From Hypanus sabinus (Eukaryota): a stretch of DNA of 64,000 nt. Location of the stretch: the NCBI RefSeq assembly GCF_030144855.1, contig NC_082736.1:7378001-7442000 (forward strand). The letters are read 5' to 3'. The notes under the pieces were generated by a model. That model saw only the letters and a list, made by a program, of their open reading frames with translations, was not told where the DNA came from and ran no database searches. Shown piece by piece: positions 12,544-26,400 of the stretch (position 1 is the first letter of the stretch; every line of letters begins with the position of its first letter). A program made the translations under genes and the position numbers.

Positions 12544-12830
12544 TGTAGCGGTGTGCTACACGCAGCGCTGAAATAAAGACACGTAGTCGGTAAGCTGCAG
12601 TTGCAAAAGAGGTTTATTCAAACTTGGCGGCCTTGCTTAAAAGCCTTCCTGTTCCTGCCCTCCCCGGGTGGGAATACCTGTAGGGGGCGCATATTCACAG
12701 ACCTGTCCCGCGTGCGGGCTTTTCCTCTTGCTGGTGAAGCAGGCTTGGTGCCCTTTTTGGGACCGGCCTCAATGCCCGCGCTCGCCACTTTGTGAGCCAG
12801 TTCGAGTGCGCTGGGAAGTGGGTCGCTACA
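12544..12830 (-). repeat. Gypsy 3' LTR
   Basis: tgtagcgg...ggtcgctaca; direct repeat of 16255-16505; adjacent to the PPT. Confidence 0.93.
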
Positions 12831-13184
12831 TAACCCCCCCCCCCCCCCACAGAACCGGCGATACACCCCCCAATGTCCTCAGTCTGGGTCGGACTCTGTT
12901 TGGATGGTCTGCCTCTGCGCCGCGGTGCCTGAATCTCGACCGGCTGCGCCAAGTTCACATGGGCCAGTTGGAGTTGGTCCACCGTGAAAACCTCCTCTCT
13001 CCCCACAACGTCCAGCACGAATGTGGACCCGTTGTTTCTGAACACCGTAAACGGCCCCTCATAGGGCCGCTGTAGCGGTGCCCAGTGTCCGCCCTGTCGT
13101 ACAAAAACACAGTTACAGTTTTGCAGGTCGTTGGGAACGCAGGTCGGGTTCTGCCCATGCTGTGAAGTGGGTATGTGGGCCAGG

Positions 13185-13790
13185 TTACCAAGCCTCGCGT
13201 AGTCTGCCCAGGACTGCTGCGGGTTCTTCCTCTTGCCCCCTTGGGGCTGGTATGAACTCTCCTGGGATGACCAGGGGTCCGCCGTGCACCAACTCAGCCG
13301 ACGAGGTATGCAGATCTTCTTTGGGCGCCGTGCGGATTCCGAGCAGGAACCAGGGAAGCTTGTCCACCCAGTTAGGCCCTTTGAGGTGGGCCATGAGAGC
13401 TGATTTCAGATGGAAACGCTCCACTAGTCCGTTCGCTTGTGGGTGGTAGGCAGTTGTGTTTTGCAGCTGTGTCCCCAAAAGGCTGGGCATAGCTGAGCAC
13501 AGGCTGGAGGTGAACTGGGAGCCTCTGTCGGAGGTAATGTGGGCCGGTACACCCAAGTGAGATACCCAGGTTGCAATCAGTGCTCGGGCGCAAGATTCGG
13601 AGGTGGTGTCGGTGAGCGGGACTGCCTCTGGCCATCTTGTGAACCGGTCCACGATAGTCAGGAGGTGCCACGCTCCTCGCGACACTGGCAGGGGCCCACG
13701 ATATCCACATGAATGTGGTTGAAACACCGCCGGGAACTGCTGCGGCAGGGGTTTGTTGTGCCGCTCAGCCTTGGTTGTTTGGCAGTGCAT
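13185..13790 (-). pseudogene. Gypsy integrase core fragment
   Basis: rve-type D..D..E motifs in the 201-aa ORF; frameshifted relative to flanking pol. Confidence 0.9.
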
Positions 13791-14614
13791 TCACGTTTTG
13801 GCCCATTCACTGACCGGCTTGCAGAGTCCGTGCCAAACGAACCTGTTGGCTACCATCCAGACGGTTGACCAGATGGAGGGGTGAGCTAAGTTGTGCATGG
13901 AGATGAAAATGTGCCACCGCCAGGCTGCCAGGATGACGGGGCGCGGTTGGCCAGTGGCGACGTCACAGAGTAGGGTCCTCTCACCTGGGCCTGCAGGGAG
14001 GTCTTGGAGCTGCAAACCGGAGACTGCGGTTCTGTAACTAGGGATCTTCTCGTCTGCCTGCTGTGCCTCCTCCAGCGCTTCATAGTCTACCTGCAGGACA
14101 GGGCTTGGATGTTAGGGCGTCCGCAACGACATTGTCCTTTCCCGAGACATGCTGGACACCCGTCATGCATTCGGAGATGTAGGACAGATGTTGCTGCTGG
14201 TGCTGCTGGACCATGGGTCGGATGCTTTCGTGAACACAAACGTAAGAGTGTTGTCGTCCGTGAACGCGGTAAAGGGCCTACCTTCTAAGAAGTACCTGAA
14301 ATGCCAGATTGCCAGGTTATCACGCCAACAGTTCCCGGTCGAAAGCATTGTATTTGAGCTCGGGTGGTCATAGGTGTTTGCGGAAAAACGCCAGGGGTTT
14401 CCTGCGACCCTCGATGAGTTGTTCCAGCACTCCATCGACTCCATCGTGTTAGATGCGCCACTGTGAGGGCGGTAGGCACGTCCATTCTGGGGTGCACTAG
14501 CATCGCGGCGTTTGCCAAGGCTTCTTTGGTTTTAATGAAAGCGGCGGCGGACTCCTCATCCCAGGTTATGTCCTTGCCCTTATCTGACATCAGGGCGAAC
14601 AGGGGGCACATGAT

Positions 14615-15778
14615 TCAGGCTGCTGAAGGGAGGAAGCGGTGGTAGAAATTTACCATACCCACAAATTCCTGAAGGCCTTTGATTATGTTGGTTCGGGGGA
14701 AATGACGGACCGCGTCTATCTTGGCGGGCAGAGGGGTTGCCCCGTCTTTAGTAATCCTGTGGCCCAGGAAGACGATGGTGTCGACCCGAACTGGCATTTG
14801 GCCGTACTCACTCGGTCGGGTGTAGAGTTGATGAAGGTGGGACAGATGCTCCTGACGACTACTGCTGGCTATGAGGATGTCATCCAAATAGATGAAAGCG
14901 AAGTCCATGTCGCGTTCCACCGCGTCCATTAACCGCTGAAAAGTCTATGCGGCATTCTTTAGGCCGAACGGCATGCGGAGGAATTCGAAAAGGCCGAAAG
15001 GGGTGATGAGTGCCATTTTGGGGACGTCGTCCGGATGCATCGGGATCTGATGGTGTCCCCGGACGAGGTCTACCTCGGAAAAGATCCGTGTGCCATGCAG
15101 GTTTGCTGCAAAGTCCTGAATGTGCGGCACAGGGTAGCGGTCCGGTGTTGTAGCTTCGTTCAGCCTGCGGTAGTTGCCGCATGGTCTCCAGCCCCCTGTT
15201 GCTTTGGGCACCATGTGGAGGGGGGAGGCCCATGGGCTGTCGGACCGCTATATGATCCCCAATTCCTCCATCCTCTTGAACTCCTCCTTTGCCAGTCGGA
15301 GCTTGTCTGGGGGAAGCCTTCGAGGACGGGGTGGTCCTTGTATCGGGATGTGGTGCTGTATGCCGTGTCTGGGCATGGCTGCCGTGAACTTCGGCACCAG
15401 AACCGATGGGAAACCTGCCAGGACTCTGGTGAAGTCATTGTCAGACAGCGTGATGGAGTCGATGTGTGGGGCCGGCAACTGGGCTTCACCCAGGGAGAAC
15501 GTTTGAAAGGTCTCAGCGTGGACCAGTCTCTTCCTTGGCAGGTTGACCAGTAGGCTGTGAGCTCGCAAAAAATCTGCTCCCAGGGGCGGTTGGGCTACAG
15601 CGGCCAGTGTGAAGTCCCACATGAACTGGCTGGAACCGAACTGTAGCTGCACCGTATGGCTGCCGTAGGTCCTTACTGTGCTGCCGTTCGCGGCCCTCAG
15701 GGTGGGACCCGATTCTCTGTGGCGGGTGTCGTAACATGTCGGAGGTAAGACGCTGATGTCGGCTCCGGTGTCAACCAA
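14615..15778 (-). pseudogene. Gypsy protease / reverse transcriptase fragments
   Basis: VDTGADISVLP, WRPCGNYRRLN..PDRYPVPHI, TPFGLFEFLRMPFGLKNAA and YLDDILIASS in separate frames. Confidence 0.9.
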
Positions 15779-16254
15779 AATGCAGCGTCCCGACTGCTTG
15801 TCCCAGACATGCAGGAGGCTATTCTGATACCATGTCTCTATGTGGCATTCCCTGGGAACTTGCAGGGCGGGCTACAGCAACGGGCTTCTGCGCCCCACCG
15901 CTGGTGGTAGAAGCACCATTGTCCGTTGGTCTCCTCACCCCTGCCTCTGGGGTTAGTGGGCTCTGCGGCCAGGCCCGGTCTGGTCTGCTGCTGGGAGCCT
16001 GGCCTGGTGATCTGTGCGACGGACGTCTCACTCTCCTTGGCTTTCCACAGCACGTCTGCCCGGGCCGCCACCTTCCGGGGGGGGCGGGGTCACTGAAATC
16101 CACGTCAGACAGCAGCAGACGTATGTCCTCGGGCAGCTGCTCCAGGGGCGGTCGCAGCGTCCTGAAGCTTGGCAGTTTTAATGAAAATGCAGGAACAGAT
16201 GTGGCGTCGTTCATCTCCGGTCCAAATATCGTTTGGGCCGTCGGGGTCACCAAT

Positions 16255-16505
16255 TGTAGCGGTGTTCTACACGCAGCGCTGAAATAACGACACATAGTCA
16301 GTGAGCTGCAGTTGCAAAAGATGTTTATTCAAGCTGGACGGCCTCGCTTTAGAGCCTTCCTGTTCCCGCGCTCAGTCCCATCCCGTGCGCGGGCTTTTCC
16401 CCTTGTTGGTGAAGCAGGCTTGGTGCCCTCTTTGGGACCAGCCTCAATGCCGGTGCTCGCCACTTTGTGAGCCGGTTCGAGAGAGCTGGGAAGTGGGTCA
16501 CCACA
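16255..16505 (-). repeat. Gypsy 5' LTR
   Basis: tgtagcgg...ggtcaccaca; adjacent to the tRNA-Trp PBS. Confidence 0.93.
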
Positions 16506-16619
16506 ATATTATTATTTTCTCTTTTGTATTTACACAATTTATTGTCGTTTGCACATTGGTGATTTAGCCACCCTGTTGGGTGCGTCTTTCTGTTGTGGTT
16601 CGTGGATTTACTGAGTAAG

Positions 16620-19520
16620 GCCGTACAGCATAGCAGCAGAATTAGGCTATTTGGCCCGTCGAGTCTACTCCCATTCAATCATGGCTGACCCTTTTTTCCC
16701 TTTGCATCCCCACTCCCTGGTCTTCTCCTTGCAAACCTTGATGCCGTGTCCAATCATGAGCCTATCAAGCTCTGCCTTAAGTAGACCCAAGGACATAGCC
16801 TCCACAGCAGCCTGTGGTTATAAATTGCATTAATTCACCACCCTCTGACTAAAGAATTTCTCTGCATTTCTGTTTCAAATGGACAGCCTTCTATCCTGAG
16901 ATTGTGTCTTCTCGTCCTAGACTCCCCCACCATAGGAAGCATCCTTTCCACATCTACTCAGTCTAGGCCTTTCAGCATTTGAAATGAGATTTCCCCCCCC
17001 ACCCATCCTTCGAAATTCCAGCGAGTCCAGACCCAGAGCTATCAAATGTTCCTCGTATGATAACCGTTTCATTCCCAGAATCACCCTTGTGAACTTCTTC
17101 TGAACCCTTTCCAGTGCCAGTACATCTTTTCTTGGATGAGGAGCCCATAACGCTTCACAATCCTCAAGGTGAGGCCTCACCAATGCCTTATAAAGTCTCA
17201 GCATCACATCCCTGCTCTTGTATTCTAACCGCTTGATGTGAATGCTAACATTGCTTTGGCATTCCTCACCTCCGACTGTACCTGCAAGTTATTTTTTGGC
17301 TGGTTTGCACGAAGACTCCAGGTCCCTTTGCATCTCAGATGTTTGGATTTTCTCCCTATTTGGAAAATAGTCTGTACGTGTATTTTTACTACCAAAGTGC
17401 ACGACCATGTATTTTCCAACATTGTATTGTCTTTACCATTGTCTTGCCAATTCTCCTAATCTGTCAAAGTACTTCTAGAGCCTACCTGTTTCCTGAACAG
17501 TACCTGCCCTTATTGTCATCTGCAAACTTGCAACAAATCCATCTATTCCATCGTTTAAATCATTGATAAACAGCATAAACAGAAGTGGTCCCAACACCGA
17601 CCCCTGCGGAACACCACTTCTCACTGGCAGCCAACCAGAAAGGATCCTTTTATTCCCACTTGTTGGCTTGCTGCCTTCTACCAATCAGCCAATGTTCTAA
17701 CCACGCCAGTAACTTACCTGTAATACCATGGGCTATTAACTTGGTAAGCAGCCTCATGTGTGGCACCTTGTCAAAAGCCTTTTGAAAGTCCAAATATATG
17801 ACATCCGTTGCATCCCCTTTATTTATCCTGCGTGTAATCTCTTCAAAGAATTCCAACAGGTTCATTAGGCAAGACTTCCCCTTAAGGAAACCATGCTGAC
17901 TTTGTCCTCTCTTGTTCTGTGTTTCCAATTACTCCATAACCTCATCTTTAACAATTAACTCCAGCATCTTCCCAACCACTGAAGTCAGACTAACTGGTCT
18001 ATAACTTCCTTTCTGCCGCCTTCCTCCTTTCTTAAAGAGTGGAGTGACATTTGCAATTTTCCAGTCCCCTAGCACCACGCCAGAGTCCAATACGTCTTGA
18101 AAGATCATTACTAATGGCACCACAATCTCTACCGCTACCTCTGTCAGAATCCTAGGGTCCTAGGGTCCAGTTCATCTGGTCCAGGTGACTGATATACCCT
18201 CAGGACTTTCAGCTTTTTGAGCACCTTTCCCTTATAATAATAACTGCACTCCCTTCCCTCCCCTCACTCCCTTCAACATCTGGCACATGGCTAGTAACTT
18301 CCACTGATGCCAAATACTCATTTAGTTCATCTGCCATCACCTTCCACCCCCCCCCCACCACCCCATTATTCTTCCTCTGTCCTGATTTTCTAGCAATCCA
18401 GTATCCAGTCTCATCTCTCCTTTATGTTTTACATACTTGAAAAAGCTTCAACGATCCACTTTGATAATATTTGCTAGTTTGCTTGCATATTTAATCTTTA
18501 TCCTCTAGGTTGCTCTCTGTAAGGTGGTAGAAGCTTCCCAATCCTCTGTATTCTATTTTTTTCTTTGTTTTATGCCCTCCCTTTTGGTTTTACATTAGCT
18601 TTGACTTCCTTTTCAGCCACAGTTCTACTATTTTGCCATTTGAGTATTTATTTGTTTCTGGAATACGCTTATCCTGGACTCAAGTTGAACTCAATGATAC
18701 TGTGATCACTGCCTCCTAAGGGTTCTTTTACCTTAAGTTCCCTAATTGCCTGCTGTTCATTAAATAACACACAATCCAGTATAGCTGATTCCCTCGTAGG
18801 TTCAACGACAAACTGCTCTCAAAAGCCATCTCTTAGGCATTCAACAAACTCACTCTCTTGAGATCTATTTCCAACCTGATTCTCCCAATTGACCTGGTTG
18901 TTGAAATCTCCCATGAAATCTCCAATAACATTGCCTTTTGACATGCCTTTTCCATTTCCTGTTGTAATCTGTGGTCCACATCCAAACAACTGTTGGCGGC
19001 CTGTTTATAACTGCATCAATGTCCTTTTACACTTGCAGATTTTTTTAACTCTACTCACAATGATTCAACATCTTCCGATCCAATGGCTCATCTTCCTACT
19101 GATTTGATACCATTCTTTACCAGCAGAGCCATGCTATCCCCATTGCCTACCTTGCTGCCCCTCTGATATGTCTAACTTGGGCATTTAGCTCTCAACTATA
19201 AATATTTTTCAGCTGTGATTCAATGATGATCACATTATACATGACAATCTGTAGTAGGGCAATAAGATTATCCACCTTATTTTTTATATGCTATGCATTG
19301 AGGTACAACACTTCAAGTATTGGATTTGCTACCCTTATTGATTCTGCATCCCTCTGCTGGCTGCAGTTATGTCCTACCATCAGCTCGCTCTTCCTGACAG
19401 TGTGACTGCATGCTATCTTTTCTTTCTTTACCAACTGTACTATCCTAAGTACTTTCATGCCAGTTCTCACGCCCCTGCCAAATCAGTTTATACCCTCCCC
19501 AACAGCTCTAACAAACCAGC
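16620..19520 (-). mobile_element. Long degenerate CR1 LINE (endonuclease-RT-3'UTR)
   Basis: [72 protein letters not shown]. Confidence 0.9.
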
Positions 19521-20684
19521 AGTACGCACACAAGAAAATAAATCCCGGGGTTGCGTATGATGACAGAAATGTATTTTGATATTACATTTACTTTCAGCTT
19601 TGAACTTTGTATTAGAGAGCCGGGTGTTGTACTTGTCTGTGTCCTCACTGGCCGGTGCTGTGCTCTGGCAGCTCAGTGTGCTTGGAATACAGTGTCAGTG
19701 TTTTTACAGAAGTGTGTCCTCATTACACAATTGATCTTGTCCACCCTGGAGTTTGGAAGATTGACTGGAGACCAGAATGATTTTTTCAGGCTGTTATTGG
19801 TCACAGGATCATTCTGGGATGGTCTGGACTATCTGACCCATCAAGTTTATACCAACTCCTGCTACAACATTTCCACAGTCCAATTCCCCTCTCTGTCCCC
19901 ACAGCTCTGCTGGTTATTTCCCCTGAAGAACCTGTCTAATTCCTCTGTGAACACTGGTTGTTCCCGCCACCACTCTGGTGAGTCCCATATTTCCCAAAGC
20001 AAAGTCAAGAATATCTCCCTCCCTGGTGGACCATCTACATACTGTTTCAGGAAACCTTGCTGAACACACTTAACAAATAATGCCCCATCCAAGTCTCAGG
20101 TGGTAAGGGAGTCCCAGTCACTGGGGAGATTATTCACTCAGCAAAGCTACTCTGTTGTTTTTACATCAGCCCATAACCTGCCGACATATCTGTTCCTCTC
20201 TCTCACTGGCTGTTTGGAGTCCTACAGTACAATCCCATAACAGTGATTGCACTCTTCTTATTCCTGAGTTCTACCCGCATTGTCTCACTGGATGACCTTG
20301 AATTTGTGACATTCTGCCTGATCAGCAGTACAGCTCCCCAGCCTCATTCACCTCCCTCTGGACTGTCTGAATCTGAATCCTGGAATGTTTCGCTCCCAGT
20401 CCTGCCCTTCTCTGTAATGGCTGAATCACTGTGCCATGTACTAATCCAGGCTCTAAGTACGTCTGCATTAACTGTTCCACACCCGGCACTGACACAAACA
20501 CACTTCAGCCCCTCGGTGCCACTGTGCTCATTAACTATGCAGTGGTGTACTGGGCAAATGGCATCAACACGGGTTGAAGTCATTCGGACCCTCGGCTCTG
20601 TACTGACTCAACCTATAGCCGGGGAAGTGACGGCACCCCTCATGTTAGACTGTTTGCGGTAACTTTTTATTCTTTCTCTTATTT

Positions 20685-21585
20685 CTAATAGAAACGTAAA
20701 AAATATGTGCAGGAGCAGGCCATTCGGCCCTTTGAGCCTGCACCGCCATTCAGTATGATCATGGCTGATCATCCATCTCAGAACCCTGTACCTGCTTTCT
20801 CTCCGTACCCCCAATCCCTTTAGCCACAAGGGCCATATCTAACTTCCTCTTAAATATAGCCAATGAACTGGCCTCAACTGTTTCCTGTGGCAGAGAATTC
20901 CACAGATTCACCACTCTCTGTGTGAAGAAGTTTCTCCTCATCTCGGTCCTAAAAGGCTTCCCCTTTATCCTTAAACTCTGACCCCTCATTCTGGACTTCC
21001 CCAACATCAGAAACAATCTTCCTGCATCTAGCCTGTCCAATCCCTTTAGAATTTTATACGTTTCAATAAGATGCCCCCTCAATTTTCTAAATTCCAGTGA
21101 GTATAAGCCTAGTAGATCCAGTCTTTCTTCATATGAAAGTCCTGCCATCCCAGGAATCAATCTGGTGAACCTTCTCTGTACTCCCTCTATGGCAAGAATG
21201 TCTTTCCTCAGATTAGGGGACTAGAACTGCACACAATATTCTAGGTGCAGTCTCACCAAGGTCTTGTACAACTGTGGTAGAACCTCCCTGCTCCTGTACT
21301 CAAATCCTTTTGCTATGAATGCCAACATACCATTTGCCTTTTTCACCGCCTGCTGTACCTGCATGCCCACCTTCAATGACACCCAGGTCTCGTTGCATCT
21401 CTCCTTTTCCTAATCGGCCACCATTCAGATAATAATCTGTTTTCCTGTTCTTGCAACCAAAGTGGATAACCTCACATTTATCCACATTAAATTGCATCTG
21501 CCATGAATTTGCCCACTCAACTAACCTATCCAAGTCACCCTGCATCCTCTTAGCATCCTCCTCACAGCTAACACCGCTGCCCAGC
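20685..21585 (-). mobile_element. Relatively young 5'-truncated CR1 LINE
   Basis: Well-preserved ORF2 C-terminus (MQGDLDRLVEWANSWQMQFNVDKCEVIHFG; LSYEERLDLLGLYSLEFRKLRGHLIETYK; FFTQRVVNLWNSLP) and tail. Confidence 0.92.
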
Positions 21586-21764
21586 TTTCCTCCCACTGTC
21601 CAAAGACAAATTGGTTAGTTGGTTAATTGGTCATTGCAAATTGCCACACAAATAGACTAGGGTTAAATTGGAGGCTGCTAAGTGGTGGTGCTCGAAGGCC
21701 TGTTCCATGCTTTATCTCTAAATAAAATATTCCTATAAACACTAAAACCTATTTTGTAAATTTT

Positions 21765-22240
21765 GTCCATCGCAGGTAAAGACCTTCCTCCCACTGAGCA
21801 TATCTACACAAAATGCTATTGCAGGAAAGCAGCATTCATCAGGAACCCCCACCACCCAGGACAAGCTCTCCTCTCTTTGCTGCCATCAAGGAGTTGGTCA
21901 GAGAGCCTCAGGGACCACACCACCGCGTTCAGGAAAAGTTATCATCAGCCCCCTGAGCCAAAAGGGATAACATCACTTGCCCCATCACTGAGTTCTTCCC
22001 ACAGTCTATGGACTCACCTTCAAGGACTCCATCCCATGCTCTCAATATTTATTGTTTGTTTATTTATTTTTCTTTTCTATTTGTATTTACAGAGCTTGTT
22101 GCCTTTTGCACATCAGTTGTTTTTCTGTCCTGTTGGGTGCAGTCTTTTAATGATTCTATTGTTTTTAGTTTTTACTGTGAATGTCCTTAGGGTTGTATAT
22201 GGTGACATATGCATTGATAATAAACTTATCCTGAACTTTG
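21765..22240 (+). mobile_element. Rex1/L2-like LINE 3' remnant
   Basis: IRNPHHPGQALLSLLPS..S..L...TTAFRKSY motif and tail aataaacttatcctgaactttgaa. Confidence 0.65.
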
Positions 22241-25200
22241 AAAATACACCAACTTTGAGCATCATTGATTATTAACAAAATATCATAAAATCTCTTTGAG
22301 GAAGTAATTTTAAGAAACTTTGATATTCTGATATTTTATCTGGAAATTATATACAAGATGTAATACAGCACACAGAAACTTGCTATTCAGCCCAGTCAGG
22401 CTGGAATTTATGCCTCACAAACCTTCTCAATTTTTCTCCATTTAATTATCATTTCTAGCTCTCTCTCTTTCAAATACTTAAGCATTTCAAAGGACTTCAA
22501 AGACTTGCATACATTATTGTGATTGCCACATCACAAAAAATAAGTAATGCTAGTTCAGAGATCTAGATATATAGATAGTTTTAAAGGCTTTATTTAGGAT
22601 ATTTCCTGATCCTTCCCCACTCAAAAGTAGGCATAACAAGCCTATCATCAGTACTTCTTGATTAAAAACTCATGAACCTTTCCCGATTGCTCCATTAAAG
22701 ACCAAAAATTGTGTTAAGTTTCTTTCAGATCCATTTTAAAAAAATAAATGTAAATTTGAGGCCTACCTGGTATTTGTTTATCTGTGCACTTGTAGTGCTA
22801 CTGAGACACTGTAATTTATCTATTTGGACTTACTTTTCTGTGCTGTTCCACATCTGTCAACTCCACTACTGACCTTTCACTCTTCCCAACTCCTCTCCTG
22901 AAAGAGAGCCCAATGATCCATGTAACAAAAATCCTCCGTCCTGCACCAGCTTGTGAGCCACACATAACTGTACCACCTTTTACTTTCTTCCCGCACTAGC
23001 AGGTGACACTGGGATTACCCCCCTCCTCACCACTGCGTTTCTACTTAATTTTTTCCCCAACTCCCTCAGTCTCTTTGCAGGACTTTGTCTCTTTTGTTAG
23101 AACCAATATGGACACGACCTGTGTCTGCTCACCCTGTCCTTTCAGAATGGCCTGTACTTGTTCAGTTACATCCTTGGCCCTGGTATCAGGGAGGTGATGC
23201 ACCATCCTGCAGTGTCTCTCCTTGCCACAGATACACCTGTCTGTGACACAGGCTAAGGACTCCCCCGTCACTGAGGCTCACCGAGAACACAGAACAGTAC
23301 AGCACAGGAATAGGCCCTTCTTCCCATGATGTCTGTGCTGAACACGATGTCAAATGGAACTAAATCTCTTCTGCCTGCGTATAATTCATGTGCTTCAATT
23401 CTCTGAATATTCATGGCTTATCTAAAATGCTGTTAAATGTCATTATCATATCTACTTCCACCACTCCCTAAGGCAACCCGTACTCGGCCCTCACCACTTG
23501 CCGTATGGAAACAGAAATATTACCTGCCCTGAAATAGACTTTTTAATTCTCACCCTGGCATTTTACAGCTGTGCTTTCTCATATTTGATATTTCTAACCT
23601 GAGGAAGTGATTTTGACTGTCTAGCTTGTTGGCACTTCTCATAGTTTTATAAACTTCTGTCAGGTCTCCCCTCAGCCTCCTTCACTCCAGGGAAAACAGT
23701 CCCAGTCAGTCTGATCTTTCCTTGTAACTCAAGCCCCCAGTCCAGGTTCCATTCCTGTGAATCGTTTCTGCACCTTTCCAGCTTAATCACATCCATCCTC
23801 TCGTGGTGACCAGAACTGCACAGGGTACTCCTGGTGTGGGGTAATTATTGATTTGTACAACTGTAATGTGATGTCCCAACTCCTCTCAGAGCCTTTGCTG
23901 ATGAAGGTATGCATTTCATGCACCTTCTTCACCACCTTGTCTACCTGTGTTGGCACTTTCAGGGAACTATTTACCTGTGCCTCAGGTTTATCTTTTCATC
24001 AACACTCCTCAGGACCCTGCCATTCACTGGGTATGTGCTGACCTGCTTTAACTTCCCAAAATCCATCAATGTGCATTTGTCTGACACTGTAGCAACACTG
24101 CTCTGTTTCTCTGCACTAATGCCCCAGCAATAAATGTCAATGAACCACTCACCTCTGAACTTTGGTCATATATGGTCTTATTAACCCCTCACTGCACCCG
24201 TCACTATTTTGTTGTGCAGGCAACACCTCAACAGTCCAGTAGTTATGTCATCCCAGCCTGAAACAGACCTGTTATTCTGTCTCAGTATGATAACCAGTCT
24301 TCAGTCAATATTAACACACTTCCTTCCCAGTACTGAGCTCTGGTCTTGTGCACCAGCCTTTCATGTGAGACATTGGCAAATGGCTCCTGAAAATCCAAAA
24401 TCACCACTTCTCCAACTTCTCCTGTAAAGTCTCAAATCTCTGGTATGTTTGTCAAACATGACTTAACATTCAGTAACCCAGGTTACAGGGACAAAAACCA
24501 GGTTCCAGATGGACAGGGTGGTGACGAGGCTTTTGGAACACCGGCCTTCAGTCAGGGCACCGGATATAGAAGCTGGGATGAAATGGTGCAGTTGTACAAC
24601 ACGTTGGTTTGGCCGCATTTCATAAATAGTGTTTAGTTTTAGTGATCATGCAGTATGACAGACACCATTGAGCTGGAAAGAGTGCAGAGGTGATTTACGG
24701 GCATGTTACTGGATCTCGAAGGACTGATTTGTGGAAAGTGTTTTGGATAATTTTCCTTGGGAAGTTGGAGAATGAGTGGCGATATTGCAGAGGTGTATAA
24801 AATATTAAGTGGCCTGGGTTGAGTCAAAGATAACAATATTTTTGTCAGGGTAGGGGAATCAAGAACTGAAGAGCATTGGTTTGAGATGAGATTTAATAGG
24901 AACCTGAAGGGCAACTTTTCCACACACAGGCTGGTCAGTGTATGGAGTGAGCGGCCGGGGGGTGGTTGAGTCAGGTATATTTAAGAAAAGTACTTGGACA
25001 GGTAGATGGGAAGGAAAGGTTTTGAAGGATATGGGATAAGGAGGAGGATTGCCTTGTTCTTAATGTGGTGGTGAGGGGGTTACAGACCACAAGCTCAGAT
25101 GGGAACTTTGGTCAGTGTGGACCATTTGAGCTGATGGGCTCGTTTCTGTGCTGTGTGAATCTGACTGTAAACCCTGTTGACTCAGTTCAATCACATTAGA

Positions 25201-26124
25201 CTTTTCTAAATGACTTGTTATTTCTTCACAGATTATAGACTCCAGTAGCTGAAGTGAAGTTAACTGGACTACAGTCACCTGCTTTTTATCTTCCACCCTT
25301 CTTCAACAATGGTTTTCAACTCCACTGGGACCTTTCCGTAACAGTGAGTTTTGACAGACCTCAGTGTCTCTACTTTCTCTCCAGGCTTCAGTGCCGGTCG
25401 TTGGGACCTGGAAATGTTTGCTTTTAGTCCCATTAGTTTCACACTTGTGATGATGATTGTTACACATTATGGCACAATGTTATAATGTCACTGTTCGATA
25501 TCTCTGGGATGTTTGCTGTGTCCCCACTGTGAACACTAATTAAAATTATTGAGTTAACCTATCTGCTTTTTCCTTGTTAGTTTTAGCTTTTGTCTCATCA
25601 CTGGTTCCTGAAAAAATCCTGATCCTCTTTTCTACTGCCAACCCTTGCCTCTTTTTATGCTCTTTGATTTAATGTTTCCCTTGAACTCCATTGACCACAG
25701 AACGTTCTTTGCTCTCTGCGATCCCTCTGTAGAATCGGGATCAACGTCTGCTGACTGTTATGAACAGTCTCCTTAAACGTCGCCACTGCTCATTATTGAC
25801 TTGTCCCTAAGCATATTTACCCCATCTGCCCCAGACAACGCCACTGTCACGTCTCCGTAATTGCCTTTATTTAGGTTGAGGACACTGGTTCTGGACCCTG
25901 GTGTTCACCCTCAATCTGTGGTCTGGAGTTCTCCCACATTGTGATCACTTATTCTGGGATACTTCACCACAAGATCTCTCTTTAATCCCACCTCATTATA
26001 CGGATTACATATGAGATGTTTTTGTTCCTGGGTAAGGTCCTGCTGTAAGAAACTGTCTCTGACCACTCCACAATTTCCTCTTTGATTGTACCAGTTTGAT
26101 CAGCTCAATGACCACACAGACTGA

Positions 26125-26400
26125 CACAAACACGCACAAAATACTGCAGGAGCTCAGCAAAGAGTCGACATTTCGGGCTGAGAACCTTCATCAGGATTAG
26201 CAAGAAAGGGACAGTAGCCAGAATAAGGTGCAGGGAGGGGGGGGGGAGGACAAGTGAGTGGGGGAGGGGGTTGTTTTGTGGAGGGATGATAATGTGAAGA
26301 CCTGGGTGACGACAGGAAAGGCAAAGAGATGAAGAGAAAGGAATCCAGTAGGAGAGAACGTTGGACCATGGGATGACACAAAGGAGGTGGAGAACCAGAG
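26125..26400 (-). mobile_element. Penelope-like element pLTR remnant with hammerhead motif (26163-26198)
   Basis: Minus strand AATC-CTGATGA-AGGTTCTCAGCCC-GAAA-TG-TC-GACT; homologous to the PLE at 52187-52857. Confidence 0.75.

Larger units (their letters stand above)
12544..16505 (-). mobile_element. Ty3/Gypsy LTR retrotransposon (CsRn1-clade hallmarks), degenerate
   Basis: Two LTRs (12544-12830, 16255-16505) with TG..CA ends and an ATAT TSD. PBS TGGTGACCCCGACG (16239-16252) is complementary to the tRNA-Trp 3' end; poly-G PPT at 12834-12848. Gag CHCC motif CFYHQRWGAEARCCSPPC, protease VDTGA, RT YLDDIL, RNase H, integrase (HLLTIVDRFTRWPEA...TSDRGSQF...YHPQANGLVERFH). Multiple frameshifts. Confidence 0.95.
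7383..18720 (+). repeat. Left arm of a large inverted segmental duplication
   Basis: Colinear reverse-complement match to ~49832-60081 across unique sequence and TE junctions. Mirrored ORF-track pairs include 8118+/59066-, 10050-/57385+, 11449-/54795+, 17650-/50771+ and 16917-/51490+. Confidence 0.92.

Noticed and set aside
19551-20063. 170-aa ORF
   Set aside because: Starts in a LINE tail and ends in antisense CR1; no domain recognised in the unique middle
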